DNA of 64,000 bases from Lingula anatina (Eukaryota; Animalia; Brachiopoda): NCBI GenBank assembly GCA_051362555.1, contig CM120648.1, forward strand, positions 10,908,587 through 10,972,586, written 5' to 3'. Within the stretch, counting starts at the first letter, position 1, and each line of letters begins with the position of its first letter. The notes beneath the pieces are model-generated. The model made no database searches. It saw only the letters and a list, made by a program, of their open reading frames with translations, and had not been told where the DNA came from. Below, in pieces: positions 63,001-64,000 of the stretch. The position numbers were made by a program, and so were the translations under genes.

Positions 63001-63194
63001 TTCATCACTAACCCATCCTTAGAGCCATTTAGATAGGTCTTTTTCAACCAAAATAATGAAAAATGCTTCATTTTGTACAGATTTACAGAATACCTTTCCT
63101 TGTTGACTGTTCTGTCCAGCTTTCTCTACCGACTTGTTCTCACCTGAGCCTCTGGTGGCAGTGGTGGGATAATGACTGACCCTATTACCACTAG
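1145..63194 (-). CDS. HSPG2: Perlecan / basement membrane heparan sulfate proteoglycan core protein, partial spliced gene (about 54 exons in window; both ends outside)
   Basis: Domain order SEA-LDLa-Ig-(laminin IV/LE)x3-Ig repeats is diagnostic of perlecan. The Ig peptide [23 protein letters not shown]...[23 protein letters not shown] closely resembles vertebrate perlecan domain IV. All exons join in frame. Confidence 0.95.
1675..1722. repeat. (AAAT)n microsatellite next to a donor site
   Basis: Direct reading. Confidence 0.95.
1732..1884 (-). CDS. HSPG2: Perlecan exon, Ig N-terminal half ([50 protein letters not shown])
   Basis: cag|...|gtgag, 153 nt, Ig B-strand Cys and C-strand Trp. Confidence 0.9.
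2288..2554 (-). CDS. HSPG2: Perlecan exon, complete Ig domain ([11 protein letters not shown]...[25 protein letters not shown])
   Basis: cag|...|gtagg, 267 nt, phase 1-1. Confidence 0.92.
2932..3100 (-). CDS. HSPG2: Perlecan exon, Ig C-terminal half ([15 protein letters not shown]...[23 protein letters not shown])
   Basis: cag|...|gtatg, 169 nt, phase 0-1. Confidence 0.92.
4913..5096. repeat. Imperfect ~110-bp direct duplication
   Basis: tgagct...tatctat..cattaa.taagcac..tgcag.c.attact(t)ttaaacagcagt occurs twice. Confidence 0.75.
5940..6163. mobile_element. Old MITE-like inverted-repeat element
   Basis: gtaattt..ctacaggactagatatcag paired with ctgatatctagtccttgtactagcaaattac. Confidence 0.55.
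6254..6469. mobile_element. Degenerate MITE-like element
   Basis: ggggctagttcc..aa...ctgaaagtaggtctcaact versus agttgagactttcag...ttgtgtgaccagcacc. Confidence 0.45.
7929..8023 (-). CDS. HSPG2: Perlecan exon, Ig N-terminal half ([31 protein letters not shown])
   Basis: tag|...|gttag, 95 nt, phase 1-0, joins 2932-3100 in frame. Confidence 0.9.
8668..8940 (-). CDS. HSPG2: Perlecan exon, first Ig of domain IV ([10 protein letters not shown]...[10 protein letters not shown]...ARLQVRV)
   Basis: cag|...|gtaag, 273 nt, phase 1-1. Confidence 0.92.
9193..9254 (-). CDS. HSPG2: Perlecan exon, laminin-EGF ([20 protein letters not shown])
   Basis: cag|...|gtgag, 62 nt, phase 2-1. Confidence 0.88.
9760..9846 (-). 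CDS. HSPG2: Perlecan exon, laminin-EGF ([29 protein letters not shown])
   Basis: cag|...|gtcag, 87 nt, phase 2-2. Confidence 0.9.
10136..10263 (-). CDS. HSPG2: Perlecan exon, laminin-EGF ([42 protein letters not shown])
   Basis: aag|...|gtgag, 128 nt. Confidence 0.9.
10545..10661 (-). CDS. HSPG2: Perlecan exon, laminin-EGF ([39 protein letters not shown])
   Basis: cag|...|gtagg, 117 nt, phase 0-0. Confidence 0.9.
11368..11598 (-). CDS. HSPG2: Perlecan exon, end of third laminin IV domain ([32 protein letters not shown]...[16 protein letters not shown])
   Basis: cag|...|gtaat, 231 nt. Confidence 0.92.
11693..11907. mobile_element. MITE family A (PIF/Harbinger-like)
   Basis: TIR ..attYccatagat / atctatgggaat.., TTA on both flanks, internal GATCGATC motifs; related copies at 15131, 26504, 46580, 57640, 60047. 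Confidence 0.8.
12083..12166 (-). CDS. HSPG2: Perlecan exon, third laminin IV ([28 protein letters not shown])
   Basis: cag|...|gtgag, 84 nt, same size as paralogous exons at 17793 and 23264. Confidence 0.88.
12486..12581 (-). CDS. HSPG2: Perlecan exon, third laminin IV ([32 protein letters not shown])
   Basis: tag|...|gtaag, 96 nt, SYG-x2-L motif. Confidence 0.9.
12622..12791. mobile_element. MITE family D (CAGGGG...CCCCTG termini)
   Basis: Aligns with 39954-40109 and, inverted, with 24021-24190. Confidence 0.75.
12927..12988 (+). mobile_element. LINE/SINE-like 3' tail fragment
   Basis: gtctactgaacatttt..atggattttagact..AATAAA(TTA)n; second copy at 20168. Confidence 0.6.
12996..13181 (-). 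CDS. HSPG2: Perlecan exon, third laminin IV start ([20 protein letters not shown]...[13 protein letters not shown])
   Basis: tag|...|gtaaa, 186 nt. Confidence 0.9.
13328..13369. repeat. (CA)n microsatellite
   Basis: Direct reading. Confidence 0.95.
13467..13607 (-). CDS. HSPG2: Perlecan exon, laminin-EGF ([47 protein letters not shown])
   Basis: cag|...|gtgag, 141 nt. Confidence 0.92.
13975..14072 (-). CDS. HSPG2: Perlecan exon, laminin-EGF ([32 protein letters not shown])
   Basis: cag|...|gttag, 98 nt, phase 1-0. Confidence 0.87.
14015..14230 (-). repeat. Diverged ~106-bp tandem duplication spanning the acceptor of exon 13975-14072
   Basis: catcatgcctggcatgg...gtggctgaaa...cagtattt.caat.atcagttgt.acagttacaa occurs twice. 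Confidence 0.85.
14263..14321 (-). CDS. HSPG2: Perlecan exon, laminin-EGF ([19 protein letters not shown])
   Basis: aag|...|gtaag, 59 nt, phase 2-1. Confidence 0.87.
14494..14530. repeat. (TATTG)n microsatellite
   Basis: Direct reading. Confidence 0.9.
14682..14768 (-). CDS. HSPG2: Perlecan exon, laminin-EGF ([29 protein letters not shown])
   Basis: cag|...|gtcag, 87 nt. Confidence 0.9.
15131..15426. mobile_element. MITE family A, longer subfamily
   Basis: Shares gactttacccaagtacttt and gatctat.tcagca with 57640-57860; ends in gatgggaat. Confidence 0.7.
15464..15591 (-). CDS. HSPG2: Perlecan exon, laminin-EGF ([42 protein letters not shown])
   Basis: cag|...|gtagg, 128 nt. Confidence 0.92.
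16013..16126 (-). CDS. HSPG2: Perlecan exon, laminin-EGF ([38 protein letters not shown])
   Basis: tag|...|gtaat, 114 nt; GYTRTxxGLYLG is typical of perlecan. Confidence 0.93.
16119..16220 (-). repeat. 3 x 35-bp tandem repeat spanning the acceptor of exon 16013-16126
   Basis: Unit gcacagtcctagaacataagatgataaaattgttt. Confidence 0.92.
16478..16845 (-). repeat. 5 x 74-bp minisatellite spanning the donor of exon 16808-16919
   Basis: cttac donor motifs end at 16498, 16585, 16659, 16733 and 16807; units nearly identical. Confidence 0.95.
16808..16919 (-). CDS. HSPG2: Perlecan exon, end of second laminin IV ([37 protein letters not shown])
   Basis: cag|...|gtaag, 112 nt, phase 2-0. Confidence 0.92.
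17323..17441 (-). CDS. HSPG2: Perlecan exon, second laminin IV ([39 protein letters not shown])
   Basis: cag|...|gtgac, 119 nt. Confidence 0.92.
17551..17646. repeat. 2 x ~50-bp tandem duplication
   Basis: aacaacatcagaagtc...acctaac..aaagaaaaat occurs twice. Confidence 0.75.
17793..17876 (-). CDS. HSPG2: Perlecan exon, second laminin IV ([28 protein letters not shown])
   Basis: cag|...|gtaag, 84 nt. Confidence 0.9.
17862..18110 (-). repeat. Degenerate ~29-bp repeat array of the acceptor of exon 17793-17876
   Basis: About 8 copies of a tgtgatgtcatt core, three followed by (a/t)cc(c/t)tgaaa. Confidence 0.75.
18195..18284 (-). CDS. HSPG2: Perlecan exon, second laminin IV ([30 protein letters not shown])
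   Basis: tag|...|gtaag, 90 nt. Confidence 0.92.
18758..18943 (-). CDS. HSPG2: Perlecan exon, second laminin IV start ([13 protein letters not shown]...[13 protein letters not shown])
   Basis: cag|...|gtgag, 186 nt, YWxLPxxFLGD motif. Confidence 0.92.
19333..19473 (-). CDS. HSPG2: Perlecan exon, laminin-EGF ([47 protein letters not shown])
   Basis: cag|...|gttgg, 141 nt. Confidence 0.9.
19884..19948 (-). CDS. HSPG2: Perlecan exon, laminin-EGF ([21 protein letters not shown])
   Basis: aag|...|gtggg, 65 nt, phase 1-0. Confidence 0.83.
20168..20235 (+). mobile_element. LINE/SINE-like 3' tail fragment
   Basis: gtctattgaacattttatggattttagacttgaAATAAA..(TAT)n with an agtcta/tagact stem. Confidence 0.6.
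20476..20612 (-). CDS. HSPG2: Perlecan exon, laminin-EGF ([45 protein letters not shown])
   Basis: cag|...|gtagg, 137 nt, phase 2-1. Confidence 0.9.
21359..21486 (-). CDS. HSPG2: Perlecan exon, laminin-EGF ([42 protein letters not shown])
   Basis: cag|...|gtaag, 128 nt. Confidence 0.92.
21734..21850 (-). CDS. HSPG2: Perlecan exon, laminin-EGF ([39 protein letters not shown])
   Basis: cag|...|gtaag, 117 nt. Confidence 0.92.
22353..22464 (-). CDS. HSPG2: Perlecan exon, end of first laminin IV ([37 protein letters not shown])
   Basis: cag|...|gtacg, 112 nt. Confidence 0.92.
22736..22881 (-). CDS. HSPG2: Perlecan exon, first laminin IV with RGD ([48 protein letters not shown])
   Basis: cag|...|gtcag, 146 nt. 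Confidence 0.9.
23264..23347 (-). CDS. HSPG2: Perlecan exon, first laminin IV ([28 protein letters not shown])
   Basis: tag|...|gtaag, 84 nt. Confidence 0.9.
23661..23756 (-). CDS. HSPG2: Perlecan exon, first laminin IV ([32 protein letters not shown])
   Basis: cag|...|gtaga, 96 nt. Confidence 0.9.
24021..24190. mobile_element. MITE family D, opposite orientation
   Basis: gatcaacaaagataatttgaaagactgtcagaaaa is the reverse complement of the family core. Confidence 0.7.
24213..24392 (-). CDS. HSPG2: Perlecan exon, first laminin IV start ([10 protein letters not shown]...[14 protein letters not shown])
   Basis: cag|...|gtaag, 180 nt. Confidence 0.9.
24559..24611. repeat. (TAT)n microsatellite
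   Basis: Direct reading. Confidence 0.92.
24802..24926 (-). CDS. HSPG2: Perlecan exon, start of domain III ([41 protein letters not shown])
   Basis: cag|...|gtatg, 125 nt; CFCFGIT motif of perlecan. Confidence 0.92.
25255..25542 (-). CDS. HSPG2: Perlecan exon, domain II Ig (SPTVTIPP...[21 protein letters not shown]...[14 protein letters not shown])
   Basis: cag|...|gtaag, 288 nt; WRLNWGH is a perlecan signature. Confidence 0.95.
26504..26772. mobile_element. MITE family A
   Basis: TIR ..cccataaa / tttatgggaa.., TTA flanks, shared gcggcttaaatgtct core. Confidence 0.75.
26928..27059 (-). CDS. HSPG2: Perlecan exon, LDLa ([36 protein letters not shown])
   Basis: cag|...|gtaag, 132 nt, DCxDxSDE motif. 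Confidence 0.93.
27387..27503 (-). CDS. HSPG2: Perlecan exon, LDLa ([36 protein letters not shown])
   Basis: cag|...|gtaag, 117 nt. Confidence 0.93.
27922..28065 (-). CDS. HSPG2: Perlecan exon, LDLa ([37 protein letters not shown])
   Basis: cag|...|gtaag, 144 nt. Confidence 0.92.
28455..28593 (-). CDS. HSPG2: Perlecan exon, Ig C-terminal half ([46 protein letters not shown])
   Basis: cag|...|gtatg, 139 nt. Confidence 0.9.
28898..29025 (-). CDS. HSPG2: Perlecan exon, Ig N-terminal half ([42 protein letters not shown])
   Basis: cag|...|gtata, 128 nt. Confidence 0.9.
29853..29925. repeat. 2 x 33-bp tandem duplication
   Basis: tttccagtctcaggta.agttttaact occurs twice. Confidence 0.8.
30957..31067 (-). 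CDS. HSPG2: Perlecan exon, LDLa cassette ([36 protein letters not shown])
   Basis: cag|...|gtaag, 111 nt, phase 1-1. Confidence 0.9.
32424..32540 (-). CDS. HSPG2: Perlecan exon, LDLa cassette ([38 protein letters not shown])
   Basis: cag|...|gtatg, 117 nt, phase 1-1. Confidence 0.9.
32593..32636. repeat. (AAT)n microsatellite
   Basis: Direct reading. Confidence 0.92.
33696..33896. mobile_element. Fold-back palindromic MITE
   Basis: ~90-bp imperfect arms: gagcct..atttg.ga.cacaaatgcccaaattaaca...aattaagtaccca versus its reverse complement. Confidence 0.75.
34345..34459 (-). promoter_or_regulatory. Cluster of ZNF143/Staf-like motifs
   Basis: Minus strand reads TTACCCATCATGCA, TTTCCCATAATGCA, TTATCCACAATGCA and TTACCCAGAAGGCA within 115 bp. 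Confidence 0.45.
34525..34641 (-). CDS. HSPG2: Perlecan exon, LDLa cassette ([38 protein letters not shown])
   Basis: cag|...|gtaag, 117 nt, phase 1-1. Confidence 0.9.
35986..36102 (-). CDS. HSPG2: Perlecan exon, LDLa cassette ([38 protein letters not shown])
   Basis: tag|...|gtaag, 117 nt, phase 1-1. Confidence 0.9.
38005..38121 (-). CDS. HSPG2: Perlecan exon, LDLa cassette ([38 protein letters not shown])
   Basis: cag|...|gtaag, 117 nt, phase 1-1. Confidence 0.9.
39954..40109. mobile_element. MITE family D
   Basis: cagg...cccctg, flanked by the 6-bp direct repeat CAATAA. Confidence 0.75.
41425..42305 (+). mobile_element. Helentron-associated (HINE/pearl-like) non-autonomous element with ~160-bp tandem core
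   Basis: About 4.8 units starting 41429, 41580, 41739, 41900 and 42061, then a (GGCGAC/GAC)n microsatellite at 42199-42255, a 14-bp-stem hairpin at 42272-42301 and an A run. Confidence 0.75.
42676..42822 (-). CDS. HSPG2: Perlecan exon, LDLa cassette with loop insertion ([44 protein letters not shown])
   Basis: tag|...|gtaag, 147 nt, phase 1-1. Confidence 0.88.
43489..43523. repeat. (AAT)n microsatellite
   Basis: Direct reading. Confidence 0.92.
44566..44854. mobile_element. MITE family B (PIF/Harbinger-like)
   Basis: ggggccattcagaata.atgatc / gatcatctattctgaaaatggcccc; internal aaatatggctgacc / ggccatattt. Confidence 0.78.
46580..46832. mobile_element. MITE family A
   Basis: attcccag...gcggcttaaatgtctg...gatcgatcc...tatgggaa. 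Confidence 0.7.
47573..47832. mobile_element. MITE family C (Harbinger-like, CpG-rich)
   Basis: agcctagattgcattt / aaatgtaatctaggct TIR, TAA on both sides. Confidence 0.8.
48315..48461 (-). CDS. HSPG2: Perlecan exon, LDLa cassette ([48 protein letters not shown])
   Basis: tag|...|gtgag, 147 nt, phase 1-1. Confidence 0.9.
53961..54045. repeat. Compound (CT)n-(CA)n microsatellite just downstream of the novel-domain exon donor
   Basis: Direct reading. Confidence 0.92.
54092..54628 (-). CDS. HSPG2: Perlecan exon encoding a non-canonical ~179-aa globular domain (DUF4082-like by eye)
   Basis: tag|GTGGTG...GCCG|gtaag, 537 nt, open, phase 1-1, GC-richer than its flanks, fits in frame between the SEA and LDLa exons. 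Confidence 0.8.
57046..57197 (-). CDS. HSPG2: Perlecan exon, SEA domain C-terminal half ([50 protein letters not shown])
   Basis: aag|...|gtaag, 152 nt, phase 2-1; G-x-I-G-x-Y-x-V-S-P-x-G-F-x-F-R resembles the end of the perlecan SEA domain. Confidence 0.9.
57640..57860. mobile_element. MITE family A, truncated, longer subfamily
   Basis: Aligns with 15131-15350. Confidence 0.65.
58118..58283 (-). CDS. HSPG2: Perlecan exon, SEA domain N-terminal half ([32 protein letters not shown]...QINILQF)
   Basis: cag|...|gtaag, 166 nt, phase 1-2; YxxxLxDxxSxEF SEA motif. Confidence 0.9.
58334..58508. mobile_element. MITE family B, short form
   Basis: gcattcagaacagtggactaactagtc / gactagttagtccactgctctgaatgc, TTA flanks. 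Confidence 0.8.
59816..59845 (-). CDS. HSPG2: Candidate perlecan micro-exon (TTPSSGGRQ)
   Basis: tttcatacattctag|30 nt|gtataag, phase 1-1, GC-rich island in AT-rich intron, in frame with the SEA exon. Confidence 0.55.
59827..59839 (+). promoter_or_regulatory. CTCF-like core motif
   Basis: CCACTAGAGGGCG matches CCASYAGRKGGCR at every position. Confidence 0.45.
60047..60272. mobile_element. MITE family A
   Basis: attcccacagat...atctgtgggaa TIR; reverse-orientation relative of 11693-11907. Confidence 0.78.
61634..61921. mobile_element. MITE family B
   Basis: Aligns with 44566-44854, TTA flanks. Confidence 0.75.
63144..63194 (-). CDS. HSPG2: Candidate perlecan small exon ([16 protein letters not shown])
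   Basis: ctctttcatgtcccag|51 nt|gtgaga, phase 1-1 open, Ser/Thr-rich linker-like. Confidence 0.55.
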
Positions 63195-63618
63195 CTGGGA
63201 CATGAAAGAGGTCAGAGGCAGTGACAACTGTTTAGACCAATAATTACCCTTACAATTCCACCTGAGAGTTAGTTCTGATCAAGCCAGCAGAGATGCAACA
63301 CCACATAGTCATCAAGCAAAGGTATTTTTTGTATATACACAAAGAGAACTTTTCTTTTAGCATAACTACATAGGATCCAATGAAGTTATCTGGACTTACT
63401 GATTTTAACTACAGTGACCTAAGATTTCTTATTTAGAAATTTGTGGATGGTGTATTCATCATTTGTGCATTTGGCCCCAATAGGATGTGTAATAGCTCAA
63501 CCACACATGCAGAGCACATGTACTTATGCATACTTGCCTTAAATTGCACTCACAAACATACACATATACAAACATGTTCATGTAGGGTTGTATGCCTCTG
63601 TGCAAATGCGCTCAGACA

Positions 63619-63665
<47 letters not shown>
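63619..63665. repeat. (CA)n microsatellite
   Basis: Direct reading. Confidence 0.95.
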
Positions 63666-63667
<2 letters not shown>

Positions 63668-64000
63668 TTCTTTCTAACATATGGACCCCAGACGGGCCAA
63701 AGGATCCAGCTAAACAATGACACCACCTGACCTTCCATATAAACAGCCACATCCCAAGTTCCAGCGCCCATTTGTTTGTATTGTTTAAACCCCTCGACAC
63801 TTTTCACAGGTACCCTTCCAAAACAAACTGCAGAGCTAATCTAGGCCTAAGCCGCTTGTCTGGCAGCTTGCTATATATATATTCAGCAGAAGTCAAGTAG
63901 GGGTACTTTTCGGTGCCCATCTATCAATATTTTGATGGCTTTTTGATGTTTGCAACCTCTGCCGAGGAACAGTGTAAAGCTCTCCCCTTGACTTTGGTGA

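Noticed and set aside
1-64000. Separate genes for the LDLa, laminin and Ig blocks (for example LRP, laminin, hemicentin)
   Set aside because: All exons are co-oriented, phase-compatible and in perlecan order, with perlecan-specific motifs (WRLNWGH, CFCFGIT, GLYLG)

Overview
AT-rich animal genomic DNA, most likely a lophotrochozoan such as a mollusc (inferred from gene architecture and repeat types, not proven). Almost the whole window is the internal part of one minus-strand, multi-exon perlecan (HSPG2/trol/unc-52) gene. I traced 52 well-supported coding exons plus 2 candidate N-terminal micro-exons by hand; all have GT-AG boundaries and compatible phases. Domain order: Ser/Thr linker, SEA, an unexpected ~179-aa domain, 7 LDLa, Ig, 3 LDLa, Ig, 3x(laminin IV + laminin-EGF), then 4 Ig. 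Start and stop codons lie outside the window. Introns hold several MITE families, a Helentron/HINE-like tandem-core element, LINE-like 3' tails and microsatellites. Most unusual: (1) a single symmetric exon encoding a DUF4082-like domain that canonical perlecans lack; (2) repeated tandem duplication of exon/intron junctions, creating arrays of decoy splice sites at 5-6 places; (3) a candidate 66-nt all-frame-stop exon at the start of domain IV; (4) a young 614-bp MITE whose empty site survives next to it; (5) clusters of ZNF143-like and CTCF-like motifs. No prokaryotic system, CRISPR array, tRNA or rRNA was seen. Coordinates were counted by hand and no database searches were run.
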